A stretch of 64,000 bases of DNA. Origin: an uncultured Chloroflexia bacterium. GTDB lineage: Bacteria > Chloroflexota > Limnocylindria > Limnocylindrales > CSP1-4. A program made the translations under genes and the position numbers. Below, piece after piece: positions 20,436 to 28,820 of this stretch; position 1 is the first letter of the stretch, and every line of letters begins with the position of its first letter. The notes under the pieces were generated by a model, which saw only the letters and a program-made list of their open reading frames with translations, ran no database searches and was not told where the DNA came from. Location: NCBI GenBank assembly GCA_963833225.1, contig CAWHXD010000019.1, positions 416,001 through 480,000 of the forward strand. The letters are read 5' to 3'.

Positions 20436-21461
20436 CTAGGCCTCGAGGCCCTGCTCCTCCGGCACCAGCCGGCCCTCGTCCCGCATCCGCGTGAACAGCT
20501 CGATCGTCTCCGCGATCCCGTCGCCGATGGGCGTGACGGGGACGGGGCCGATCGCGGCCAGCGCATCGTCGGCGATCTCCTCAGGGAACGGGAGTGGCGC
20601 CCCCTCGACGGTGATCCTGGCGCCGGCTCCGGGGATCCGGGCGTCGATCTCGCTGACGAAGTCCCGCAGGTCCACCAGGCTGCCGCCCAGGTTGAACGCG
20701 TGCGCTCCGCGCAGCGGGCTCCGGCTCGCGATGATCAGCGTCCGCGCGACGTCGTGCGCGTACTGGAACAGGGTCCGCCCGGAGAAGCCGATGGTGGCTG
20801 GCCTCCCCAGCACGGCGGCGACGATCGCCTTGGTCGGCGAGCTGGTCAGCCCCTGGTCGCGGCCGGGGCCGTAGACCGTCATCGGCCGAAGCCCGATGCT
20901 CGAGACCCCGTTTTCCAGCCAGTACACGCGCGCGGTGCCCTCGTTGGCCTGCTTGTACACGCCGTAGTGGTTGACGGGGTGGGCGGTCGCGTCGTTCTCG
21001 AGGCGCATCGTCCCGGGATCCGCATCGGCCGCATCGAACATGCCGACCGAGCCCGTGTAGACGACCTGTCCGATCCGGTCCGCGCGTCGGCTGGCCGCGT
21101 CGAAGATGTTCACCGTCCCCAGCACGTTGACCCGGGCACCGAGCGGCGGATCCGCCCGGCAGAACGGGACCTGCAGGGCGGCGAGGTGGATGATGTTGGT
21201 GATGCCGTGGTCGTCGAGCCCCTGCTCGACGGACGCGAGATCGGTGATGTCGCCCCGCACCATGGTCAGCCGGGCGAGCTCCTCCTCGGTGCAGATCTGG
21301 CGGATCCGGCGCGGGTTCGCGGCGAGGTCGAAGGCGACGACCTCGGTCCCCTCGCGGAGGAGGTTCCGGACGGTCCACGCGCCGATGCAGCCCATGGCGC
21401 CGGTGACCAGGAACCGCTCCGCCGGGCGCCGTGGCGTGGTGGGGCGAGGGTCGTCGTGCAT
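20436..21461 (-). CDS. NAD-dependent epimerase/dehydratase (extended SDR)
   Basis: FLVTGAMGCIG, IIHLAA, VNVLGTVN, YGVYK catalytic YxxxK, VYGPGRD. Confidence 0.9.
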   Translation of the reverse strand: MHDDPRPTTPRRPAERFLVTGAMGCIGAWTVRNLLREGTEVVAFDLAANPRRIRQICTEEELARLTMVRGDITDLASVEQGLDDHGITNIIHLAALQVPFCRADPPLGARVNVLGTVNIFDAASRRADRIGQVVYTGSVGMFDAADADPGTMRLENDATAHPVNHYGVYKQANEGTARVYWLENGVSSIGLRPMTVYGPGRDQGLTSSPTKAIVAAVLGRPATIGFSGRTLFQYAHDVARTLIIASRSPLRGAHAFNLGGSLVDLRDFVSEIDARIPGAGARITVEGAPLPFPEEIADDALAAIGPVPVTPIGDGIAETIELFTRMRDEGRLVPEEQGLEA

Positions 21462-21465
21462 CGCG

Positions 21466-22350
21466 TCAGGCCTCCCTGGCCGGACCGGTCCGGCACGTGT
21501 TGGTGAGCGTTCCGATCCCCTCGACGACGACCTCGACGACATCGCCGTCGCCCAGCAGCCGGGGCGGCCGCCGGAAGATGCCGACGCCCCCGGGGGTACC
21601 GGTGGCGATCACGTCGCCGGACTCAAGGGTGAAGGCGCGCGAGCAGTGGCTGATGAGCTCCCGCACCCCGAAGAACATGGACGACGTGCGGTCGTGCTGG
21701 AGTCGCTCGCCGTTGACCAGGCAGGCGATCTCCAGGTCCCCGGGATCGGGAAGCTCGTCCGCGGTGACCAGCACGGGGCCCATCGGGCAGAACGTGTCGA
21801 GCGACTTGCCGCGCACCCACTGCCCGTCACCAAACTGGATGTCCCGGGCCGAGACGTCGTTGAGGCAGGTGTAGCCGAGGACGTGGTCGAGCGCATCGTC
21901 CGGGCTGACGGACCGGGCCCGGCGGCCGATCACGACCGCCAGCTCCGCCTCGTAGTCAACCTGGCTGGTCAGCTCCGGATCCCAGCGGATCTCGTCACCG
22001 GGACCGATCACCGAGCTCGGGAACTTGGCGAACACCAGCGGGGACGGCGGGGGAACGGCCCCATCCTCCGCCGCGTGGTCCGGGTAGTTGCGGCCGATCG
22101 CGACGATCTTGCCGGGGTGCGGCACCGGCGCCAGCCGGTGGAGCCCCGAGACGGGCGTGCCATCGGCGGCGATGCGACCCGGGTCGGCGGCGGTGCGCAG
22201 CCGCTCGAGCCCACCGGGCCCCGAGCGCAGGAGGTCCGCCATCGTCGCGGGGCCCCCGGCAACCAGGCCCGCGGCCGCGATGGCGTGTTCACCGGCCGCA
22301 ACCGCGAGGGTCTCGCCGGTGGCCGGGTCCAGGTAGGTGATCAGGTGCAT
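21466..22350 (-). CDS. Fumarylacetoacetate hydrolase family protein
   Basis: KIVAIGRNYPDH, DYEAELAVVIG, GYTCLNDVSARD, GKSLDTFCPMGP, GDVIATGTPGGVG. Confidence 0.93.
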   Translation of the reverse strand: MHLITYLDPATGETLAVAAGEHAIAAAGLVAGGPATMADLLRSGPGGLERLRTAADPGRIAADGTPVSGLHRLAPVPHPGKIVAIGRNYPDHAAEDGAVPPPSPLVFAKFPSSVIGPGDEIRWDPELTSQVDYEAELAVVIGRRARSVSPDDALDHVLGYTCLNDVSARDIQFGDGQWVRGKSLDTFCPMGPVLVTADELPDPGDLEIACLVNGERLQHDRTSSMFFGVRELISHCSRAFTLESGDVIATGTPGGVGIFRRPPRLLGDGDVVEVVVEGIGTLTNTCRTGPAREA

Positions 22351-23429
22351 CAGGCGAGATCCTCGGCGGCGGGGGTTGGGCGCGCGACGGCCGGGGCGAC
22401 CGCGTCGGGCGTGATGGCGTCCGCGGGCAGCATTGTCTCGGCCTTGAGCTCCGCCCACAGGGCGTTCGGGATCACCCGTCGCATGAGCCCCGGGTAGTCG
22501 TCGAGCTGGGCTCGGTTGCGGACGCCCGCGAGCATCGCGTTGACGACCGGATGCGCGAGGGAGAACTGGAGGGCTGCCGCCTGGAGCGGGACGCCGTGGC
22601 GCTCGCAGATCGTGCGCATCTCCAGGGCTCTCGCGATCTGGCGCCGGCCAGCGGGCAGGTACCCGAAGCGGCTCCCCGGTCGCGGATCCGCGAGGATGCC
22701 GCTGTTGAACACGCCGCCCAGGACGACCGCGATCCCCCGCGCGTCGCAGACAGGGAACAGCTCGGTCAGCGCGCCCTGGTCAAGGAGCGTGTAGCGGTTG
22801 GAGACCAGCAGGACGTCGAAGTCGCCCTCTCGCGCGAACCGGGTGAGCATCTCGGTCTGGTTCATGCCGACGCCGATGGCGCGCAGCACGCCCTCGGCGC
22901 GCAGCCGCTCCAGCGCGGGGTACGCCTCGCCGATCGCCTGCTCCCAGTGGTCATCGGGATCGTGGATGTAGGCGATGTCGATGCGGTCCACGCCCAGGCG
23001 TCCGAGGCTCGCCTCGATGGACCGCAGGACGCCGTCGTGGCTGTAGTCGAACACCGGTCGCACGGGCGGCGTATCGCGGTAGAAGTAGTCCTCCACGCCG
23101 TCGATGCGCTGGGGGTCCACCTCCATGCCGCCGGTGATCCGGTCGCGGTCCACCAGCAGCCGGCCCACCTTGGTGGACAGGGTGTAGGCGTCACGTGGCA
23201 GCGCCGCCAGGGCCGCGCCGAGCCGCCGCTCGGAGTTGCCATACCCGTAGACGGGGGCGACGTCGAAGTAGCGAAGGCCGATGTCGATCGCGTGACGAGC
23301 CGTCGCAACGGCGTCGACTTCGGAAACCGTGCGGTACAGGCCACCGATCGTGGCGGCTCCAAACCCGAGGCGGGTGACCCGGATGCCCGTGCGGCCGAGC
23401 GTCACCTCCTCGAGCGGATCGAACGCCAC
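22350..23429 (-). CDS. Aldo/keto reductase, D-threo-aldose (L-fucose/L-galactose) 1-dehydrogenase-like
   Basis: LGFGAATIGGLY, FDVAPVYG.G.SE, LSTKVGRLL, FDYS.DGVLRSIE.SL.RLG, YIHDPD, IGVGMNQ. GTG follows GGAGG. Confidence 0.88.
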   Translation of the reverse strand: MAFDPLEEVTLGRTGIRVTRLGFGAATIGGLYRTVSEVDAVATARHAIDIGLRYFDVAPVYGYGNSERRLGAALAALPRDAYTLSTKVGRLLVDRDRITGGMEVDPQRIDGVEDYFYRDTPPVRPVFDYSHDGVLRSIEASLGRLGVDRIDIAYIHDPDDHWEQAIGEAYPALERLRAEGVLRAIGVGMNQTEMLTRFAREGDFDVLLVSNRYTLLDQGALTELFPVCDARGIAVVLGGVFNSGILADPRPGSRFGYLPAGRRQIARALEMRTICERHGVPLQAAALQFSLAHPVVNAMLAGVRNRAQLDDYPGLMRRVIPNALWAELKAETMLPADAITPDAVAPAVARPTPAAEDLA

Positions 23430-23504
23430 GTGTGGCCTCCCCAATGTGACCGGACGACACCCGCAGGGCGACGGCCCGCTTCGGGCGGCGCAGGTGCCGC
23501 GGTC

Positions 23505-23520
23505 AGGATAAACGATTGCT
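23505..23520. promoter_or_regulatory. Putative LacI-type operator upstream of the AKR-FAH-SDR operon
   Basis: AGGATAAACGATTGCT, an AT-rich imperfect palindrome centred on CG. Confidence 0.4.
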
Positions 23521-23665
23521 CATCGACCCCACAAGCCCGCCGCGCACGGATTCGACGCGTCGTCGGCGTCACCTGCCGACAACCCCATGTGACCTGACGG
23601 GGCGCATCGCCTTGGAACAACGGCGCGAAGGGGGAACGCCGACACGTGTCGCACAACCCCGACCG

Positions 23666-24682
23666 CTAGCCGACGGAACCTGCCGTGACCGGTCCTCCGC
23701 TGGAGCGACGGACGACGAGCTCGACCGGGAGGACGACCTCCCGCGGCGGCCGGCCCGGGTTCGCCAGCCGGTCGAGCAGCATCGCGACGCTCTCCCGGCC
23801 CATGTCGAACGCGGGCTGGGCCGCGACCGTGAGGAAGGGGAAGAGGACCATCGCCTCGGGCAGATCGTCGAAGGCGACGACCGCGACGTCCTCCGGCACC
23901 CGGATCCCGAGCTCGTCGAAGGCATGCGTGGCGCCGATCGCGATGAAGTTGTTGCCGGCGAACACGGCGGTCGGCCGCGGCACCGCCTGCATCGCGGCGC
24001 TGGCCATCTCGTGGCCGCTGTCGATCGAGAACTTCCCGTGGAGGACGAGCGGTGCGGGCAGCCCGGCCTCGTCGACGACGGCCTGCCTGAAGCCGTCCAC
24101 ACGGTCGACCGCGATCGGGACCGTCGCCGGGCCCGCGAGGATGGCCATGTCCCGGTGGCCAAGCCCCACCAGCAGCCGCCCGAGCGCGAGAGCGCCGCCG
24201 ACCGAGTCCGCGCGCACGACATCGGCCTCGCCACCCTGCGGCCGCCGATCCACGATCACCAGGTGGACGCCGCGCTCGCGGCACAGCTCGATCGCCTCGG
24301 CCCCCGAGCCCGCGGGGGCGACCAGGAGCCCGTCAACCTGGCGCTGCAGGAGCATCTGGACCAGCCGCTGTTCTTCGTCGGGGCGCTCGTCACTGTTGGC
24401 GAGGATCATGGTGATCCCGGCTTCCCGGGCCGCCGCCTCCACGCCGTGGGCAAGCGTCGTGAAGAACGGGTTCGTCATGTCGGGCAGCAGCAGCGCGATC
24501 GTGTCCGTTCGCTTGGCGCGCAGGCTCCGGGCGAGCGTGTTGGGCATGTAGCCGGTCTCGGCCAGCGCTTGTTCCACGCGGGCACGGAGCCTGGGGCTGA
24601 CCTTGGCGGAGCCGTTGACGACCCGCGACACGGTCATCGGGGAGACCCCGGCTCGCCGGGCGACGTCAAGAAGGGTCGACAT
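23666..24682 (-). CDS. LacI-family transcriptional regulator
   Basis: MSTLLDVARRAGVSPMTVSRV, GYMPNTLARSL, PDMTNPFF, VPEDVAVVAFDD. Confidence 0.95.
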   Translation of the reverse strand: MSTLLDVARRAGVSPMTVSRVVNGSAKVSPRLRARVEQALAETGYMPNTLARSLRAKRTDTIALLLPDMTNPFFTTLAHGVEAAAREAGITMILANSDERPDEEQRLVQMLLQRQVDGLLVAPAGSGAEAIELCRERGVHLVIVDRRPQGGEADVVRADSVGGALALGRLLVGLGHRDMAILAGPATVPIAVDRVDGFRQAVVDEAGLPAPLVLHGKFSIDSGHEMASAAMQAVPRPTAVFAGNNFIAIGATHAFDELGIRVPEDVAVVAFDDLPEAMVLFPFLTVAAQPAFDMGRESVAMLLDRLANPGRPPREVVLPVELVVRRSSGGPVTAGSVG

Positions 24683-24715
24683 GGGAGCTCGCTGGGTTCC
24701 TCGGCGGGGCTTGGC

Positions 24716-24729
24716 TGGTAACGCTAGCA
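24716..24729. promoter_or_regulatory. LacI-type operator (autoregulatory)
   Basis: TGGTAACGCTAGCA, 12/14 match to the 27605 palindrome, about 35 bp upstream of the LacI start. Confidence 0.65.
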
Positions 24730-24827
24730 ACGCAGCGCGCCAGCGTCCAGCCCGGGAAGGCGCGATCCGCCCCACACGCGCGGGTGGACGTCAGGCTGGG
24801 TCCTGGACGCGCGCATCGTGGGCCGGC

Positions 24828-25649
24828 CTAGAACCCGCGCAGGCCGGTGCTGGTCCGGGCGGGGAGGCCCGCGTGGGGCACCCGCCTGAGGACCACGTAC
24901 TCGATCCCGTGCTCCCGACAGAACTCGCGCTTCTCCGGCTGGTCGCCATCCTCGTTGACGACGTAGAACGCCGGCCGGATCGCATCGATCTCGGGGTCGG
25001 CGTCCATCCATCCCTCGCCCGACGAGACGAGGCACCGGTGGACGCTGTCCACGGCGCCGACCATGTAGCGCCGCTCATCCTCGTGCTGCAGCGGGTGCCC
25101 GGGGCCTTTGAGCAGCTCCACGTTCCTGTCGCTGCCGACGACCGCGTACAGGGCTCCGTACTCGGCCGCGTCCATGAAGAACCGGATGTGGCCCGAGTGG
25201 AGCCAGTCGTAGCAGCCGGTGACCACGACCCGCGGTTTGCCTTCCGGGGGCGGCGGAGGCTCGCTGACCGGGAACCCGGCGCGGGCCTGCCGGCTCACGG
25301 TTCGGCAGCCGACGCCGTGCGCCTCGACCGCGGATCTCAGGGTCGGCTCGTCATCCTCCTCGCGCACGACGAGCGCGGAGCCGGCGGCCGCCAGGGCGTC
25401 GAGGGTGGCGGGTTCCCCGGTGAGCGACCGGTCCACGATCTCCGTGCTCGCCACCCAGCGGATGGACTCGGCGAGGAACAGCCGCTCGGCGGCCGGGAAG
25501 GCGGGCGGTGTGCCCAGGCGTTCGGTCACCAGCGCGTCGGATGGGATCCGCACGTGCAGAGGCCCCAGCGATGCCGCCTCCTCGAGGAAGCGCACGTCGT
25601 CGGATCGGAGGTTGTCGAGGGTGGTCTCGACCACCGCGGATCCCCTCAC
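24828..25649 (-). CDS. Cytidylyltransferase-like (HxGH) nucleotidyltransferase with tandem domains
   Basis: C-terminal domain VVVTGCYDWLHSGHIRFF, VGSDRNV..LKG, RTST; degenerate N-terminal copy TTLDNLRSDDVRFLEEA. Confidence 0.82.
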   Translation of the reverse strand: MRGSAVVETTLDNLRSDDVRFLEEAASLGPLHVRIPSDALVTERLGTPPAFPAAERLFLAESIRWVASTEIVDRSLTGEPATLDALAAAGSALVVREEDDEPTLRSAVEAHGVGCRTVSRQARAGFPVSEPPPPPEGKPRVVVTGCYDWLHSGHIRFFMDAAEYGALYAVVGSDRNVELLKGPGHPLQHEDERRYMVGAVDSVHRCLVSSGEGWMDADPEIDAIRPAFYVVNEDGDQPEKREFCREHGIEYVVLRRVPHAGLPARTSTGLRGF

Positions 25650-26420
25650 GCCGTCCGGACCCGCACGCCGGCCGAACCCGCCGGGGCCGTCTCCGAGGCC
25701 ACGATCACGTACCCGCCACCACAGCCGGAGAGCATCGCCCCGGCGTGCTCGGTGGCGTAGGCGGCCACCAGGGCCAGCAAGTCGATCGTGATCGTTGGGT
25801 GGACATAGACCTGGGGCAGGAGCGCGTCCCAGGCACGGGTGGTCTCGTTGAGCGACTCGCCGAGCGCCCGGAGGTCCATGGCCAGGATCGCGTCGTAGCA
25901 GGCGCGGCCGCTGGCGCTCAAGCGGGCGATCCACGCCGGGTCGAGTCGCTTGACCCCCAGCGGGGCGTATCCCGGCGGGCGCTGCCCGATGGGCACGAGG
26001 TGGATGACCCGCTCCAGCCAGGCCAGCGTCTCGGGATCGGTGGTGGATTCCACGCGGGATGGGAACCAGCCGCCTTCAACGGCGGCGTCGTAGTCGAGGC
26101 GGCTGATGCCCGGGTAGATCAGGCCGCACATGTCCTGCGAGCCAGATGGCTCGGCGAGGTTGGCGTTCTCGGCGGCGTACAGCTCTCGGACCAGGCTGGC
26201 CGGCGTCCGGTCGGCCGGAAACGCGTCGCCCCACAGCGCCTGGGCCGCCACGCGGGTCCCGGTCGCCATCCCGCACCGATCCATGTAGCGGACGGTGGGC
26301 TGCAGCGAGACCACGACCATGGAGCCCGGCGGCTCGGGGTTGACCGCCGACAGCCAGGGCTGGTCGATCCAGCCGCCGGCCATCTGCAGCCGATAGGGGA
26401 GGCTCCCGATCGTTCCGCGC
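25646..26420 (-). CDS. Divergent GHMP-superfamily sugar kinase-like protein (start uncertain)
   Basis: LPYRLQMAGGWIDQP (cf. PxRxxxxGGxxD), SGSQD, AMLSGCGGGYVI. Similarity begins upstream of ATG 26383. Confidence 0.72.
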
Positions 26421-26479
26421 AGGACGGCGGTTCGCGGGCGTCGCAGCCGAAGCGGATGCCGCCGGACCGGCCACGGTCG

Positions 26480-27541
26480 TCAGCCCTCGACGACGCGCTT
26501 GCCGGCCTTGCGGTCGGCGAACTGCTCGGAGATCCACGCATACGTCTCGGCCATGCCGTCGCGGAGCGGCGTGCTGGGCTCCCAGCCCAGGACCTGCTCG
26601 ATGAACGTGTTGTCGCTGTTGCGACCGGCCACGCCCTTGGGCGCGTCCAGCTTGTACGTGCGCTCGAGCGTGACGCCGGCGATCTCCTCGACCATCGAGA
26701 CGAGATCGTTGATCGAGATGAGCTCGCTCGAGCCGAGGTTGATCGGCGTGGCGATCAGCTCCGGGCTGTGCATGATCCGGTCGATGCCGTGGAGGCAGTC
26801 GTCGATGTAGCAGAAGGAGCGCGTCTGGCTGCCGTCGCCCCAGATCTCGATCCGCAGGTCGCCGCTGTCCTGCGCCTCGAGCACCTTGCGGCACATCGCC
26901 GCGGGCGCCTTCTCACGGCCGCCGAACCAGGTCCCGTTGGGTCCGTAGATGTTGTGGAAGCGGGCGATGTGGGTCTCGAGGCCGCGCTCCGCCCAGTACT
27001 CCTGGCAGAACATCTCGGAGACCAGCTTCTCCCAGCCGTAGCCACGCTCGGCCATGGCCGGGTAGGCATCGGACTCCTTGAGCGCGATGACATCCGGGGA
27101 CTTCTGGAGGTCCGTGTTGTAGGCGCAGGCCGACGAGGAGAAGAAGTAGCGCTTGACGCCGGCGCGGTAGGACGCCTCGGTCAGGTGCGTGTTCACGAGG
27201 ATGCTGCGCAGGCACTCCACCCGGAAGTTCTCGATGAAGCCCATGCCGCCCATGTCGGCGGCGAGGTTGTAGACCTCGGTCGCGCCCTTGACGGCCTCGA
27301 TCGCGTTCTGCTCGTGGGACAGGTCCATCGAGATCGACTCGACCCCCGGCACGCGCAGGTACCAGTCCGGCAGCGGCTTGCGGTCGACCGCCCGGATGCG
27401 GGTGTAGCCCTGCTCGGCGAAGTAGCGGGTGAGCGACCCGGCGATGAACCCGCCGGCCCCGGTGATGACGATCAGGTCGTCCTTGTCGAGGCCGCGCTTG
27501 ACGCTCGTGCCGGGGATGGTGTCCGTGAACTCGGTGGTCAT
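26480..27541 (-). CDS. GDP-mannose 3,5-epimerase-like protein
   Basis: ITGAGGFIA, YNLAADMGGMGFI, SSACAY, LKESDAYPA, YGWEKL, RFHNIYGP.GTW.GGREKAPAA.CRK, WGDG.QTRSF, GV.GRNSDN, all matching GME motifs as remembered. Confidence 0.88.
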   Translation of the reverse strand: MTTEFTDTIPGTSVKRGLDKDDLIVITGAGGFIAGSLTRYFAEQGYTRIRAVDRKPLPDWYLRVPGVESISMDLSHEQNAIEAVKGATEVYNLAADMGGMGFIENFRVECLRSILVNTHLTEASYRAGVKRYFFSSSACAYNTDLQKSPDVIALKESDAYPAMAERGYGWEKLVSEMFCQEYWAERGLETHIARFHNIYGPNGTWFGGREKAPAAMCRKVLEAQDSGDLRIEIWGDGSQTRSFCYIDDCLHGIDRIMHSPELIATPINLGSSELISINDLVSMVEEIAGVTLERTYKLDAPKGVAGRNSDNTFIEQVLGWEPSTPLRDGMAETYAWISEQFADRKAGKRVVEG

Positions 27542-27604
27542 CTGGGGTCCTCTGTGGGTTGGCGAACGGGCAGCAATGCCAGTGGCGGGGTCGAGCAGAT
27601 CGTG

Positions 27605-27618
27605 TGGTAACGTTACCA
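27605..27618. promoter_or_regulatory. Perfect palindromic LacI-type operator
   Basis: TGGTAACGTTACCA, in the 118-bp divergent gap between the epimerase and manC. Confidence 0.8.
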
Positions 27619-27659
27619 AATGCGATGGCCGGTTGTCTACCCCCGGAGGGACATCCCCA

Positions 27660-28820
27660 ATGTACGCAGTCATCCTGGCCGGCGGGGGCGGAACCCGCCT
27701 GTGGCCCCTGTCACGGCCCGAGAAGCCCAAGCCCTTCCTGCCGCTGATCGGTGACCGGACGCTGCTCCAGCGCACCTGGGACCGGGTCGTGCCGGGGCTC
27801 GTGGGTGCTGCCGATGTGGCGGTGGTCACCGATGTCCGGTACGCAGGCCTGGTCCGCGACCAGCTGCCCGACCTTCGCGACGAGATGCTGCTCGAAGAAC
27901 CGGTGGGCCGCAACACCGCGGCGGCCCTGGCGTTCGCGGCCGCGGCCGTCGACCGGCCGGAGGACGAGGTCATGCTCGTTCTCCCGGCCGACCATCTCGT
28001 CGCCGACGAGCCCGCGTTCCGGGCCATCCTGCGCCAGGCCGCCGACGTCGCTGCGGCGATGCCGCCCGACCGCGGGCCGGGGCGGCTGGTCACGCTCGGG
28101 ATCGCGGCCGATGGGCCCGAGACCGGCTACGGCTACATCGTGGCCGGGCGCCGCGATCGACGGGCACGATCCGGCGGTCGCCGTCGCGCGGTTCGTCGAG
28201 AAGCCATCGGCCGACGAGGCCGCCGCGATGCTCGACGGGCCCCACGCAGGTCGCCTGGAACGCCGGGATCTTCCTGTGGCGGCGTGATGCGCTCCGGGCC
28301 GCCTTCGAGGCGGGGTCGCCCGACATCCTCCGGGCCGTCGAACGTGGCGTGTCCGGTGGCCCGGCGGGACTCGAGGCCGCCTATGCGACCGTCCGGGCGA
28401 CATCGATCGACTATGCCGTGCTCGAGCCGGCTGCCGCTGCCGGGCGGGTGGCGATGCTGCGGGCGTCCGTCGGCTGGAGCGATCTCGGGAGCTGGAGCTC
28501 GTTGCGGGACGCCCTTGCGGGACGCAGGCGCCGACCCAGGCGTCGTCGGCCGGGGGCCGCGAACCGATCTCGGATCCGAGCGGACCCTGGTCATCGCCTC
28601 CGACCGGCCGGTGGTCACCATCGGGCTGCGCGACGTGATCGTGGTGGACGCGGGGGACGTGATCCTGGTGGCGGCGGCTGAGGCCTCGCAGCAGGTCAAG
28701 GCCGCGGCCGAGCAGTGGGCGGCGGCCGGAAGCGCTGACGCCCTGTCAGATCGCGAGGTGCGCCCGTCCGTCGGGAAGTCGGAAGCCGATCGGGACGTCG
28801 CCATCGGTGTAGACCCGTGA
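27660..28820 (+). CDS. manC: Mannose-1-phosphate guanylyltransferase (internal compensating indels ~28150-28520)
   Basis: MYAVILAGGGGTRLWPLSR..KPK, EPVGRNTAAA, VLPADH, PETGYGYI. RFVEKP, WNAGIF, SIDYAVLE and WSDLGSW lie in alternative frames. Confidence 0.9.
   Translation: MYAVILAGGGGTRLWPLSRPEKPKPFLPLIGDRTLLQRTWDRVVPGLVGAADVAVVTDVRYAGLVRDQLPDLRDEMLLEEPVGRNTAAALAFAAAAVDRPEDEVMLVLPADHLVADEPAFRAILRQAADVAAAMPPDRGPGRLVTLGIAADGPETGYGYIVAGRRDRRARSGGRRRAVRREAIGRRGRRDARRAPRRSPGTPGSSCGGVMRSGPPSRRGRPTSSGPSNVACPVARRDSRPPMRPSGRHRSTMPCSSRLPLPGGWRCCGRPSAGAISGAGARCGTPLRDAGADPGVVGRGPRTDLGSERTLVIASDRPVVTIGLRDVIVVDAGDVILVAAAEASQQVKAAAEQWAAAGSADALSDREVRPSVGKSEADRDVAIGVDP

Noticed and set aside
28746-28820. 75-bp convergent overlap of manC and alr
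   Set aside because: Lies in the indel-prone zone; an out-of-frame TGA at ~28736 could be the true manC stop.
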